64,000 nt of DNA from Pseudomonadota bacterium (GCA_027485695.1 JAIXQO010000005.1:16358-80357), one strand, 5' to 3'; shown: positions 9,552 to 19,402, counted from the stretch's first letter. Numbers and translations are program-made. Notes: generated by a model not told the origin, from the letters alone.

Positions 9552-9959
9552 GCTACCGCGGGGAACGGAGCAAAAATTCAATTTCGAATCGGTCACTGAA
9601 TATTGTTTTGCGCCTTCGAATCCAGTGCATTCGATGGTGACGAAACCCATCGAACTCTGACAACGGGAGACCGCGATCGATCCGCGTTCATTCGAGCCTG
9701 AGAAAATTGCCGAACAACGGCAATTCTCACCCGTCGACAAACGTACGAGCACGGTTTGCGTCGATGTGGAAATAGAAAGGGTTTTGAAATCGAGCTGCAT
9801 GAGCCCAGACTGCGAGGGGTCGGCCGCTTCTTCGGTCCAGACCGCGAATACGTTGGCGTCGGTATTGACTTGCGACTGTTTGATCGTTTGCGCTGGACCT
9901 CGGAGCCCGCACGCCGAGAATCCTAGAAAAAGGAGAATGGCGATTACAAACGATTTCAT
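9519..9959 (-). CDS. Hypothetical lipoprotein
   Basis: Lipobox-like FSAC after a hydrophobic stretch; Cys-rich. Confidence 0.65.
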   Translation of the reverse strand: MKSFVIAILLFLGFSACGLRGPAQTIKQSQVNTDANVFAVWTEEAADPSQSGLMQLDFKTLSISTSTQTVLVRLSTGENCRCSAIFSGSNERGSIAVSRCQSSMGFVTIECTGFEGAKQYSVTDSKLNFCSVPRGSSVVRCSSFRE

Positions 9960-9969
9960 GAGTTCTCGA

Positions 9970-10170
9970 TCAGTTGTTTACTGACGGTTTTCTCGGCGCT
10001 GGAAGCTCGTTGATCTGTTCGCAGTTTCCGCGCTCATTCAAGAACTCACCGTACAGACAGCGCTCTTCTCCGCCGGAGGCGAGATTCCTCTCGCTGGTTC
10101 CGACATGAGAGCATGCGTTCAAGACCAAGATTCCCAAGATCACACTGAACTCGAATAAAATCTTGCCCAT
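9970..10170 (-). CDS. Small hypothetical lipoprotein
   Basis: Lipobox LNAC; C-x11-C pair; RNLAS motif. Confidence 0.6.
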   Translation of the reverse strand: MGKILFEFSVILGILVLNACSHVGTSERNLASGGEERCLYGEFLNERGNCEQINELPAPRKPSVNN

Positions 10171-10258
10171 GAATCCGCGTCTCACTATCCAATAATGGCC
10201 TCTCGAAACGAGAGACCGAAAAACGTGCTCGTTTTCATCTCAAAACCACCCAGGAAGT

Positions 10259-10301
10259 GGGCCCCCCGCCAGAACCGCGACCAGCTCGGGCGGGGGTGGG
10301 C
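10259..10301 (-). terminator. GC-rich hairpin downstream of flagellin
   Basis: CCCCCGCC...GGCGGGGG inverted repeat; weak U-tract. Confidence 0.45.
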
Positions 10302-10369
10302 TTTAAGAAGGGCGGCGACGGCACCATTACCGCGGCCGACCGAGCACACACTTACAAACCAAACCTCTA

Positions 10370-11197
10370 CTAGCCGAGCAGTTTCAGTGCGGACGTCGGA
10401 GCCATGTTAGCTTGCGACAACACCGAGATACCGGCTTGTTGAAGGATGTTACCCTTCACGAGGTTCGAAGTTTCGATCGCTACGTCCGTGTCCACGATCC
10501 GGCTACGAGCAGCCGAAAGGTTTTCCTTCTGGACGGCGAGGTTGTTCACCGTAGATTGCAACTTGTTCTGGTTGGCACCGAGTTCAGCGCGTGCTCCCGA
10601 TACGAGAGTCATGGCTTGGTCGATGTTGTCCAGAGCTTCGCGGGCGCTGTCGGTAGTCGTATAGTCGATACCCGAGATGCCGAGGCGGTCCGCTTTGACG
10701 TTGTAGTCGTCGGGACGGAATTCGATACGGTCATCTTTGCGAGCGCCCACATGGAAATGCAGGTCCCGGCCGGCTTCGCCGTTCAGAAGCGGAGTGCCGT
10801 TGAACGTTGTGACGTTCGCGATGCGGTCCACCTCTTGTTTTAAGCTTTGGATTTCTTTGTCGATGAACCCACGCTCGGTGTCGCCGATCGTATCGGACGA
10901 CGCTTGGATTCCGAGTTCGCGCATACGGATCAGGATGTTCCCGATCTCGTTCATGCCGCCTTCGGCGACTTGAACGAACGAGATACCATCGTTCGCGTTC
11001 CGCTCGGCTTGACCGAGGGAGCGGACTTGCGCTCGTAAGTTCTCACCGATCGACAATCCGGCAGCGTCGTCGCCAGCGGAAGTGATTCGGTTACCAGTTG
11101 CTAATCTTTGAAAAGATTTCGCCTGGTCAGTGGATGAATTCTGAAGTGCTCTCCCTGCTGACATAGCAGCAAGGTTCGTGTTGATTCTTAAGCCCAT
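10370..11197 (-). CDS. fliC: Flagellin (short, D0/D1 only)
   Basis: MGLRINTN, GNRITSAGDDAAGL, RAELGANQNKL, SRIVDTDVA. Confidence 0.97.
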   Translation of the reverse strand: MGLRINTNLAAMSAGRALQNSSTDQAKSFQRLATGNRITSAGDDAAGLSIGENLRAQVRSLGQAERNANDGISFVQVAEGGMNEIGNILIRMRELGIQASSDTIGDTERGFIDKEIQSLKQEVDRIANVTTFNGTPLLNGEAGRDLHFHVGARKDDRIEFRPDDYNVKADRLGISGIDYTTTDSAREALDNIDQAMTLVSGARAELGANQNKLQSTVNNLAVQKENLSAARSRIVDTDVAIETSNLVKGNILQQAGISVLSQANMAPTSALKLLG

Positions 11198-11380
11198 GGT
11201 ACGTTCCTCCGGTCCGGACTGACTACTTTGGTGGGTAAAGAGTCCGGGGCTCGTAGCATAAATACATAGTTGTAATTTACAAACTCAACCCTCCTCCTCG
11301 TTTTACCGAGGGCTCAAATTGAATTTACCAGTCGCTCCGTCCGACCTCTCTTTCGAGGTGTCATCTGGCTGGCACTATGT

Positions 11381-11408
11381 AGATCGGGCTGACAGGAGGA
11401 ATACTTGA
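11381..11408 (-). promoter_or_regulatory. Putative sigma28 promoter of the first flagellin
   Basis: Minus strand TCAAG-N15-CCCGATCT. Confidence 0.7.
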
Positions 11409-11468
11409 CTTATACAGTCATACTTAACAATCTTTGGCTAACTCTTCAAAAAGACTCACTTTTACTAT

Positions 11469-11504
11469 GGGTGGGCGAAATCTCAAACTGCATCTCGCCC
11501 ACCC
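11469..11504 (-). terminator. Hairpin downstream of the second flagellin
   Basis: GGGTGGGCGA...TCGCCCACCC 10-bp stem; no adjacent U-tract. Confidence 0.45.
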
Positions 11505-11548
11505 GATATTGGTGGATCTTTTTTTGAACGAATACCGCTAACTGATCG

Positions 11549-12382
11549 TTATCCGATCAGTTTCAGTGCGAGCATCGCGTTCGAGTTGGCTTGACTGAGG
11601 ACCGCCGTGTTGGCTTGTGTCAGGATGTTGTTCTTGGTCATGTCCGCAGTTGCAGAAGCCACGTCCACATCCGCAATCCGACTACGAGCACCCGAGAGGT
11701 TCTCGTTGTAAACCATCATGTTCTGCACCGAGGATTGGAGGCGGTTTTGAAGCGCACCCATTTCCGAACGGTTTGCAGACAATGTCTGGATCGCGTTGTC
11801 GATTTTTGCGAGGTTGTTTTGTGCCTCTTCTTTAGTAGTCGTCGCGATATCCATCACGCCGAGCGCTTCCAAGGAGGTGTTCGTCTTAGAGGTATCGTAG
11901 ACGAAACGGTCCAACTTCGGATCGTTTTTCAAACCGACTTGGATGTCGAGAGATTCACCTTCGCCCGAGAGCAATTTGCGGCCGTTGAATTCAGTGCTTA
12001 ATGCAATACGGTCGACTTCTTGCTTGAGCTGCTGGACTTCTTTGTCGATGAATCCGCGTTCCGTTTCACCGATGGTGTCGGATGCCGCTTGGATCGAAAG
12101 TTCGCGGAAACGAGTCAGTAGGTTACCGACTTCGTTCATGCCACCTTCGGCCGTTTGAATCATCGAGATACCATCGTTGGCGTTGCGAATATCTTGACCG
12201 AGAGATCGAATATGGCTTCTCATTTTTTCGGAGATCGCGAGACCTGCGGCGTCGTCCGCAGCTTTCGTGATACGTGAACCCGAAGAAAGTTGTTCCAAAT
12301 TCAACTTCTGGTTAGCGCCGTTCAGACCTAAAGAACGTTGAGCTGCCAAGCTTTGTACGTTCGTATTAATTCTTAGTCCCAT
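11549..12382 (-). CDS. fliC: Flagellin (short, D0/D1 only)
   Basis: MGLRINTN, SGSRITKAADDAAGL, RSEMGALQNRL, SRIADVDVA. Confidence 0.97.
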   Translation of the reverse strand: MGLRINTNVQSLAAQRSLGLNGANQKLNLEQLSSGSRITKAADDAAGLAISEKMRSHIRSLGQDIRNANDGISMIQTAEGGMNEVGNLLTRFRELSIQAASDTIGETERGFIDKEVQQLKQEVDRIALSTEFNGRKLLSGEGESLDIQVGLKNDPKLDRFVYDTSKTNTSLEALGVMDIATTTKEEAQNNLAKIDNAIQTLSANRSEMGALQNRLQSSVQNMMVYNENLSGARSRIADVDVASATADMTKNNILTQANTAVLSQANSNAMLALKLIG

Positions 12383-12580
12383 ACCTGCCCTCACAGACCC
12401 CTAATTGGGTCATGTAAATGATCGTCTCTGTGTTCCCGGGCAAAGCTTCGCCTGGCCGCGGATTCACCAGCCTCAAGAGACCATCGTTATTCAGTTGTGC
12501 AGGAATTTGCTGTACCCCTGCGACGGAGTTCGAACATCAAAGTGAAGGAATCACCCCAATACTCGTTCCAATCAAAGAGC

Positions 12581-12608
12581 ATTTCGGTCAGGTTTTAAGA
12601 TCACTTTA
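12581..12608 (-). promoter_or_regulatory. Putative sigma28 promoter of the second flagellin
   Basis: Minus strand TAAAG-N15-ACCGAAAT. Confidence 0.75.
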
Positions 12609-12703
12609 GATCAATTTAGTCAGGAATTGCGCTTTGCAAAATTAAAAAAGAGCGCTATGCGTTAGTTGCCTTAATATAAAGGGTTTTTCAGCGTAGAAGA
12701 AAA

Positions 12704-13651
12704 CTACGAAATACCGCTCAACCGATCAGCTGCGGTGTATGGATCCATCTTTTTGTTAACAAGTTCAGTCAGGATTTCTTGACCACTGGACGTCTGTAGA
12801 TGGGCGTCAAAGGACTGGCGCAAACGATCGGCAAGAATCTCGTACACCTCGGTCATGAGATTCGCTTTCTCCTTCTGCGCGCGCATGCCGCTCGAGGTGA
12901 GCCAGGTCTGATGTTTGCCAATCGTCGCTATCAACTCTTCGATGCCAACGTTGCGAGTCGCCTCGGTCTTCTGGACTGGTACGATCCAACTGTGCTCGTC
13001 GTGATCGTTGAGGCTCGTCATCGTAATCAATTCTTTGACGAGTTTATCAGCTTCGGGGCGATCACTCTTATTCACGGCGAATACGTCCGCGATCTCCATG
13101 AGGCCCGCTTTCATGACCTGAATCGAGTCGCCACTCTCTGGGACAAGAACGACGAGCACGGTTTGTGCGAGCTTCAGGATATCGAGCTCCGTCTGACCGA
13201 CCCCGACCGTTTCCACTAAAACCACGTCGAATTGGGCAGAATCGAGCACCATCGCCACTTCTTTGGCGGAACGAGATAGACCGCCATGCTGGCCGCGGGT
13301 GCCGAGAGAGCGGATAAACACTCCGTCATCGGAGGTGTGACGCTGCATGCGAATTCGGTCGCCTAAGATCGCGCCTCCTGAGAAGGGACTCGACGGGTCC
13401 ACGGCCATAATCGCAACGCGCTTGCCCTGTTTACGAAGTGAGATCGTGAGTTGATCGACGAGCGTCGACTTACCCGCACCGGGAGGTCCCGTGATACCCC
13501 AAATCTCCGCGTGCCCCGTAAGCGGAAACAGCTTGCGCACGATATCGGGACGATCCTCACGCGAGTTCTCGACTTTGGAGATTAAGCGGGCGAGCGCAAG
13601 CCTACTACCGGCGCGCATTTCAGAAATCAGTACGTCGAGGGACATATCCAA
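12704..13651 (-). CDS. meaB: Methylmalonyl-CoA mutase-associated GTPase MeaB/ArgK
   Basis: GITGPPGAGKST, AVDPSSPFSGGAILGDRIRM, ETVGVGQ, NKSD. Confidence 0.95.
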   Translation of the reverse strand: MDMSLDVLISEMRAGSRLALARLISKVENSREDRPDIVRKLFPLTGHAEIWGITGPPGAGKSTLVDQLTISLRKQGKRVAIMAVDPSSPFSGGAILGDRIRMQRHTSDDGVFIRSLGTRGQHGGLSRSAKEVAMVLDSAQFDVVLVETVGVGQTELDILKLAQTVLVVLVPESGDSIQVMKAGLMEIADVFAVNKSDRPEADKLVKELITMTSLNDHDEHSWIVPVQKTEATRNVGIEELIATIGKHQTWLTSSGMRAQKEKANLMTEVYEILADRLRQSFDAHLQTSSGQEILTELVNKKMDPYTAADRLSGIS

Positions 13652-13757
13652 AAGGTTTACTAGGAGCCCCCCCTAAAATGAACCAAATTCGGATAAACGA
13701 TCGCGCAAGTAACCACTCTCGATTGCCGAGAGCAGATAGGACGATTCTAGAACGGGT

Positions 13758-13790
13758 GAAACGGCCCGGGGAGCATCGAATCCCCTGGCC
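13758..13790 (-). terminator. Putative intrinsic terminator
   Basis: GGCC-GGGGA...TCCCC-GGCC stem followed by GTTTC on the minus strand, just after the 13815 stop. Confidence 0.45.
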
Positions 13791-13814
13791 ACTCACTCAG
13801 AAGTCTACAAACCA

Positions 13815-14471
13815 CTAACGAAAGGAGAACAACGGCGGCTGGAACTCGCAGGCGCAACTGACACCGGGGCAGTTTTGCTCTTCGATCTTACCGTTGCCGT
13901 TCACAACAAACGCACCTGAAGTACTCCCATTGATCACTAACCCATTAGCCAGGTTAAACCCGTGCATGTTATCAGCTGCGGAAGTAGGCGGAGTAAATGC
14001 GTTGTGCCCCGGGGAACCAGTCGTTTCCGTCGAGGCCGTACTGAGATACATGGCGATTCGTTCGCTTCCAGAACCGCAATTCACGGTTGTTCCGTCGATG
14101 AGTGTTGCGGTAGTTCCAGACTGGCAAACATCTAAATCAAATTCCGTGTTGGTTACGCAACCGTTGTTATCAGAAGTCGAACTCGGTGTCGGCTTGATCA
14201 CAGAATCGAATTCGAAAATGAGACAATTGTAAGTGTTGTTGGCGAGCGATCCGCTACCCAGGGTCGGATTGCCAAGGAAATCCGTGTAATCCGGGTTGGC
14301 TTCCTCAAAAATCGTGATCGGGTTTGTACAGAACTCACTCGTCGAGACGGCAACTTTATACACTTTTAGTTTGAGGCGACTCGGATTCAAACCAGAAGTC
14401 GCCGCGAAAAGTTCGCAGCTAAAACCTGCGGCCAAAAGTGCTACCAAACAAACTTTACGAAGCGTGAACAT
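13815..14471 (-). CDS. Secreted Cys-rich hypothetical protein
   Basis: RBS GGGAG; signal peptide; 8 Cys in the mature region, beta-rich. Confidence 0.8.
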   Translation of the reverse strand: MFTLRKVCLVALLAAGFSCELFAATSGLNPSRLKLKVYKVAVSTSEFCTNPITIFEEANPDYTDFLGNPTLGSGSLANNTYNCLIFEFDSVIKPTPSSTSDNNGCVTNTEFDLDVCQSGTTATLIDGTTVNCGSGSERIAMYLSTASTETTGSPGHNAFTPPTSAADNMHGFNLANGLVINGSTSGAFVVNGNGKIEEQNCPGVSCACEFQPPLFSFR

Positions 14472-14837
14472 CAGTTACCCGCTCCCGTAATCGTTACCTC
14501 GCTTGAGACGCCATAGTTCGTATTGTCTGCGCAACTCTGAATGAAAATGCCCGATGCGACGACCAAAAACGCCAAAAAAATGAAATAGACTTTAGACTTC
14601 ATACACTCTCCTTGTGTTTTTAAAAGATATCAAAAAAATTTTAGAGAATGATTGAAAAGGCACTGTTTTAAGCACTCGTAAAATACATCTCGAATAGTTC
14701 ACAAATAGCGACATTTTGCCTACTGTTTGATGAACAGATCGGAACTCGACACTTCTTACCGGCCCATTCGTATTTTCAACCGGTAGGCAATTTTTCTCCG
14801 GATCAAACCGTTTTCGATCATCCGATGAGCCCACAGT

Positions 14838-15701
14838 ATGCTCGATTTCATACGCTCTCGAATTGAACTCAGGATCCGCACCGTTTTCTACCTCATCGCG
14901 AGTTTTTCCATCACGCTGGGACCGTTCGTATTCTCGGCTTCATTGATCGCGCTGTTTCAGCTTAAAAACGTGTTTGCTTGGGTGTTCATCGTTTTAGCGC
15001 TCCCCATTTCGCTTTGGGCTGGTCAAATCTTGAATCTGATACTCCATCCTTGGTTGATTCGAATGTCTTACCGAACGAGCGAGCCGCCAGAATCCTCTGC
15101 CGTTGCCCGGGCGTTTCGTGAGATCTACCCGTCCGACAACGGACCTGCCGTCCGCTGGGTCGTATCCGGTCCACTCAAGAAAAATGTGTTCGTTACCGGA
15201 ATTTTAGATCGAGGTGCCACCATCTATCTCGATCGTGAACTAGCTCCTCAGTTCAGTCAGTCGGAGTGGAAATCCATTCTCAGTCACGAGATCGGGCATT
15301 TAGAGATGAATCACGTTGCACGAAGGATCCACCGAGGATTCTTGATGACGATGTCAGCAATCGTCATTGCAGCCGGTGCACTGTTGACCTTACAGATGCT
15401 CACCGGAGCGGGCGCGCTTTTCAGTCTCAGCTGGATCTTTGGCGCGGCCTCAATCTGGGTAGTGGGACAGGACCAGAGTCGCGTTCGATTCCAACAAGAA
15501 GTGGAGGCGGACTCATTCGCATGCCTCCTGGACCGTGCGCATTTCGAGTTCCTACCCCGCGCGCTCGCCAAAATGAACGAGATTCACGGGCTCGCTAGCC
15601 ACCCCATTTCCGAGGCACGCATCGCTCAGATGGCACAACTATCGATGATTTTGGTTCCAACTGAACAACGCGCGATCAAGCGGCTCGATCAAGCAGCTTA
15701 A
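14838..15701 (+). CDS. M48-family (HtpX-like) membrane zinc metalloprotease
   Basis: TM helices, HEIGH zinc motif, EVEADSFA, SHP..R. Confidence 0.85.
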   Translation: MLDFIRSRIELRIRTVFYLIASFSITLGPFVFSASLIALFQLKNVFAWVFIVLALPISLWAGQILNLILHPWLIRMSYRTSEPPESSAVARAFREIYPSDNGPAVRWVVSGPLKKNVFVTGILDRGATIYLDRELAPQFSQSEWKSILSHEIGHLEMNHVARRIHRGFLMTMSAIVIAAGALLTLQMLTGAGALFSLSWIFGAASIWVVGQDQSRVRFQQEVEADSFACLLDRAHFEFLPRALAKMNEIHGLASHPISEARIAQMAQLSMILVPTEQRAIKRLDQAA

Positions 15702-15703
15702 AT

Positions 15704-16585
15704 CTATTCTTGAGTCAGTTGTTTCCTAAACTGGGCCAACTGCTCGCGTCTTTGCGGACTGATTTTAGGGGCTTTCATTTTCATCGCCTCGAACGCTTCG
15801 ATCAATATCTGTGACACGATCAAATGAATCGTCGGTTTATGATCCGCCGGGACGATGAACCACGAAGCGTCGGGAGCGGCGGTGTTCCCAATGCAAGCCT
15901 GGTAGGCATTTTGATAGGCGATCCATTTTTTTGAGTCTCGTAAATCAGATCCTTCGACCTTCCAGCTCTTATCAGGGTCATCGATCCGAGCAAGTAATCG
16001 CTTCTTCTGCTCATGAGCAGAGAGATGAAGAAAAATCTTCACGATTCGAGTTCCATTGCGAACCAGATGTCGCTCATGATCGCGGATGGACTGATATCGA
16101 CCTTGAAGGATCCGCTTTTTTCCCGAGCGATTCAGACCCATTCGTTTCTCCAGAGATTCCAGCAATTCTGGATAGACGTAAGGCACGAGCACGTCTTCGT
16201 AATAAGAACGATTAAAAATCCCCATCTGGCCGTGTTCAGGAAGTTGCGTAGTCGTACGCCAAAGAAAATCGTGTGCCAGTTCTTGATTCGTAGGCGCCTT
16301 AAAAGACGTGATCTTACATCCCTGAGGATTCATACCACCGATCACGTGCTTGATCGTTCCGTCTTTGCCGGAAGCGTCCATTCCTTGGAATATAACCAGG
16401 AACGCATTGCCATGAACGGCAAAATGTCTGGATTGAAGCTCCTGCAAACGGCCAATCTGAGACTTCAGGTACGAGTCCTGCGCTTGATCAGATTTCGCGT
16501 AGGGCTTAACGCGTGTCGGCCATTCCCTCAGGTGAACTTTTTGCGACTGATCTAAACGGTATTCACCGGTTTTGATTTTTCTCAT
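15704..16585 (-). CDS. ppk2: Polyphosphate kinase 2 family protein
   Basis: FQGMDASGKDGTIKHV, SFKAPT..ELAHDFLWR, FNRSYYEDVL, VPADHK. Confidence 0.93.
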   Translation of the reverse strand: MRKIKTGEYRLDQSQKVHLREWPTRVKPYAKSDQAQDSYLKSQIGRLQELQSRHFAVHGNAFLVIFQGMDASGKDGTIKHVIGGMNPQGCKITSFKAPTNQELAHDFLWRTTTQLPEHGQMGIFNRSYYEDVLVPYVYPELLESLEKRMGLNRSGKKRILQGRYQSIRDHERHLVRNGTRIVKIFLHLSAHEQKKRLLARIDDPDKSWKVEGSDLRDSKKWIAYQNAYQACIGNTAAPDASWFIVPADHKPTIHLIVSQILIEAFEAMKMKAPKISPQRREQLAQFRKQLTQE

Positions 16586-16630
16586 CTCGGGCCCTGCTTT
16601 TACACAGCTACTCACAGGCGCCAGACGAAA

Positions 16631-17251
16631 TCAATAAGGCGAATCACTCCCATGAGGCGCTTTCGAATCCACTTCCATCGGTGCTGAGAGTGGGTCACAA
16701 CGCATCACTAGGTCCACCACCTGATTTTTGGAAATTTGTCGTCGAAGAAGGTCCGGAACCATGAATCCCCAGGTCTCACCGGAGTCTAGACGCGAGTTGA
16801 AATAAGGGAAAAACCGGAGTCGTAGGAACGCCGTCTCACTCACTGATTCGCTGGTGGCACTATTCTTCGAGGTAATCGAGGTCAGCGTGATCGCGTAAGG
16901 TCCGTCTTCATAGAGGCTGCGGCGGTTCACAACATAACGTGAATTCGTTTTGCGCTCGAAAAGAACCGGGTCCGACCAACTCATTCTTCTCTGAACGAAG
17001 AAAAACTGCCCGAGACGAAATCCGTCGGAATTTGCAATTTGAGTGAGAAGGTCCTCTTTTCCTTCGCGGAAATAGAGGTTGATCTTCGACACCTCTGGAT
17101 ACACCTTCTGGGTCAATTCCCCGAACGATTCGGATTCAACATATTCGCAGACGCGCTTTTGAACACGAATGGTACCTGCAGATGCAGAAACACTCGTGAA
17201 CACGGACACCAAGCTCACTAACAAAACGCAGAAAAATGGATTCACGCTCAT
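16631..17251 (-). CDS. Secreted hypothetical protein
   Basis: Signal peptide ending SASA; no family recognised. Confidence 0.7.
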   Translation of the reverse strand: MSVNPFFCVLLVSLVSVFTSVSASAGTIRVQKRVCEYVESESFGELTQKVYPEVSKINLYFREGKEDLLTQIANSDGFRLGQFFFVQRRMSWSDPVLFERKTNSRYVVNRRSLYEDGPYAITLTSITSKNSATSESVSETAFLRLRFFPYFNSRLDSGETWGFMVPDLLRRQISKNQVVDLVMRCDPLSAPMEVDSKAPHGSDSPY

Positions 17252-17326
17252 AGATTGAGCAAACTAATACAATTACACAAAGTCTATGAAATGGACCTTA
17301 GTGCAGGGCTTTAGATTGTGTTTCTA

Positions 17327-18184
17327 TTATTCCAATGGGAGATCCGGATGATCATCCATTACCGGTCCAGGCTCGGACGAGGCAGGCGCTCGGGTCGGAT
17401 CCGCGGACGATTCTAAATCGAGTTCCATAGTTGGAACCGCCGTGAGTCCCGCCGGCTCGGTGACTTTGAGTCTCTCGACGACACTCGTAGGCGCATCGGG
17501 CAGACGATCTTGTTGCTCTTGCGTCCCTTGAAGGTTCACCAACTCCCGCGTATTTTCTGCGTTTGGTTCAACCGTGCGGAAAAAAATCCGAGGACTCAAT
17601 TTTTGATAACGTTCAGATGCGATTCGCAAATAACGAGACTCTCGCCAATTATCCAAGAATGCTCGCGCTAGCGGAGTCAGCGTGCGGAACGTCTTGAGTA
17701 CCGTCGCTTGGCGATCCTCGACATAGTCCTCGGTTTTCAGTCGTTTCTCAAGCGCATCCAACTTCTCGTAAAAACAGTAGTGATAGTAAGTCGTATGCTT
17801 GTTGATTAACTCGCGAAGCCCGATCTTGAACTCGGCTTCGTTCGAGGAATGCGTTCGGAGCTCGATAATAGCCTGATCGCATTTCTCTTCGAAACCTTCT
17901 GGACGAATCGATGTCCAAACACGGTCCTGGAGAATTTGTTCAATCGAAGCTACAGCAGAGCTGTTGGGATGCGGGAGAGTGGTCCATTCAGGAGTGCGAT
18001 TTCGAGCATCGACGATATCCGGTGGTTCTGCCGCTTCGACCGGAGGCCCGCTTGTGGCGCACCCGCTTGAAAGAGACAGGAGAATGGCGGCGACCACGGA
18101 CGATAGCCCGCTCACCGTCAAGAGACCGCCTCTTTGTCGTAGAAATGCACTCGTCACTGAGACTGAATCGGTATTCCGGACCAA
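17327..18184 (-). CDS. Hypothetical lipoprotein (helical), divergent from the motor operon; start uncertain
   Basis: Lipobox-like LSSGC after a hydrophobic stretch; YYHYCFYEK; acidic Pro-rich tail with RAPAS. Confidence 0.75.
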   Translation of the reverse strand: MVRNTDSVSVTSAFLRQRGGLLTVSGLSSVVAAILLSLSSGCATSGPPVEAAEPPDIVDARNRTPEWTTLPHPNSSAVASIEQILQDRVWTSIRPEGFEEKCDQAIIELRTHSSNEAEFKIGLRELINKHTTYYHYCFYEKLDALEKRLKTEDYVEDRQATVLKTFRTLTPLARAFLDNWRESRYLRIASERYQKLSPRIFFRTVEPNAENTRELVNLQGTQEQQDRLPDAPTSVVERLKVTEPAGLTAVPTMELDLESSADPTRAPASSEPGPVMDDHPDLPLE

Positions 18185-18252
18185 ATTCCTAAGTCAATAT
18201 TTCGACTCTTGCGCCTCTTACTCGGCAATTTCTTCCGTAACCCTCGAATGTT

Positions 18253-18280
18253 TAAAGGAAATTTTAAACAACTCCGATAG
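18253..18280 (+). promoter_or_regulatory. Putative sigma28 promoter of the motor-like operon
   Basis: TAAAG-N15-TCCGATAG, same spacing as both flagellin promoters. Confidence 0.75.
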
Positions 18281-18286
18281 TAAATT

Positions 18287-19390
18287 GTGGAAAACGCAGG
18301 AATGAAAAACTTCATGTTCTGGATCTTGATCGCACTGACCGCGACATTCGCTACGAATGTTCGATCGGCGCGCGCTGCCGACGAAAAAGAACGTAGCTTC
18401 TACGAGGTCTTGCATGACCTCCTCAATGATTTTGAATTTGATCTCAAAGAAAATCGCGTCAGCGGGCTCCGAGATCTCGCAGTAAGAAACATTGTCGTGA
18501 GCGAAAACGTTCCCGCGTCTTTTAAGAGCCACCTCGAACTCGTCGTCACCGAGAAGATCTTAGGCGCGACGAAAACTCGCATGGTCAAATGCCTTCAGTG
18601 CCGCTCCAAACGCGCTGTGCTCGGTCGCGACCAGGTACGCGTGTCCACCCCAGAAAACAATCCGATCGAACTCGCGCGAATTGCGAAAATGAACGGAATC
18701 CAAAATTTCATCGATATCGCTTTTTCCTATCAAGCTGACTCCATGGTCATGTCGATGGGAATCGCCGACTCTGAAACCGGAAGCCTCGTGTGGTCACACT
18801 CCTATGACTCTGAGACCTCCAAAGCCGGTGCCGCTCGCCGAGGCGTCGACCCGGAGTCGCTCGAGAAATCCATTCGCGAGAATGAATACTTTCCGACCAA
18901 ACAGTTTCGTCTGCTGACCTACTACTTCAACGAACCGGACGCGGGCGATCGAAGCTCATGCCTCGGAATCGGCGGACGATTCGTCGAACGCTACGACCGA
19001 AAACGCAAGGAAGTCGGCATTGAGCTCGACGTGATCTTCAATACCTCCCTCGTATCAGGCGGATCCAAGGTCGCGACGGCTACGGACAACGGAAGCCGCC
19101 TTTTCTCAGGATTCAACCTCACGCCACTCTTCGTACATTCGTGGAACTTTTTCGGTGAGGAAGAGAATTTCAATCAGATGCGAGGCACCGCGACGGTCGG
19201 GATCGGTGGTACTTACGCACCGAGTTTTTTGGGAGCATTGATTCGTGGAAGCTACGAGTGGCGTCTGGCCAAGCATTGGGCCGTTCATCTGGCAGTGGGC
19301 TATCGCCCCTCATCGACCACGACCATCAGCGGACCAGAACGTGAGATCAAAGGAATAGAGTACGGAGTCGGCGTCAGCGCCGTCTTCTAG
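18287..19390 (+). CDS. Outer-membrane protein: N-terminal CsgG/FlgO/TolB-N-like domain plus C-terminal beta-barrel
   Basis: Signal peptide; IADSETGSLVWSHSY pattern; alternating amphipathic strands; C-terminal YGVGVSAVF BAM signal. Alternative start ATG 18302. Confidence 0.7.
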   Translation: MENAGMKNFMFWILIALTATFATNVRSARAADEKERSFYEVLHDLLNDFEFDLKENRVSGLRDLAVRNIVVSENVPASFKSHLELVVTEKILGATKTRMVKCLQCRSKRAVLGRDQVRVSTPENNPIELARIAKMNGIQNFIDIAFSYQADSMVMSMGIADSETGSLVWSHSYDSETSKAGAARRGVDPESLEKSIRENEYFPTKQFRLLTYYFNEPDAGDRSSCLGIGGRFVERYDRKRKEVGIELDVIFNTSLVSGGSKVATATDNGSRLFSGFNLTPLFVHSWNFFGEEENFNQMRGTATVGIGGTYAPSFLGALIRGSYEWRLAKHWAVHLAVGYRPSSTTTISGPEREIKGIEYGVGVSAVF

Positions 19391-19402
19391 AAGGGTGGAT
19401 GA

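Noticed and set aside
12383-12580. c-di-GMP riboswitch in the flagellin leader
   Set aside because: No match by eye to the GEMM-I core (GGCAAAC...GAAA...GACGCAAA); kept only as a generic structured leader.
14801-14828. sigma28 promoter before the M48 protease (TCAAA...TCCGATGA)
   Set aside because: The spacer is two bases shorter than in the seven consistent examples; left uncalled.
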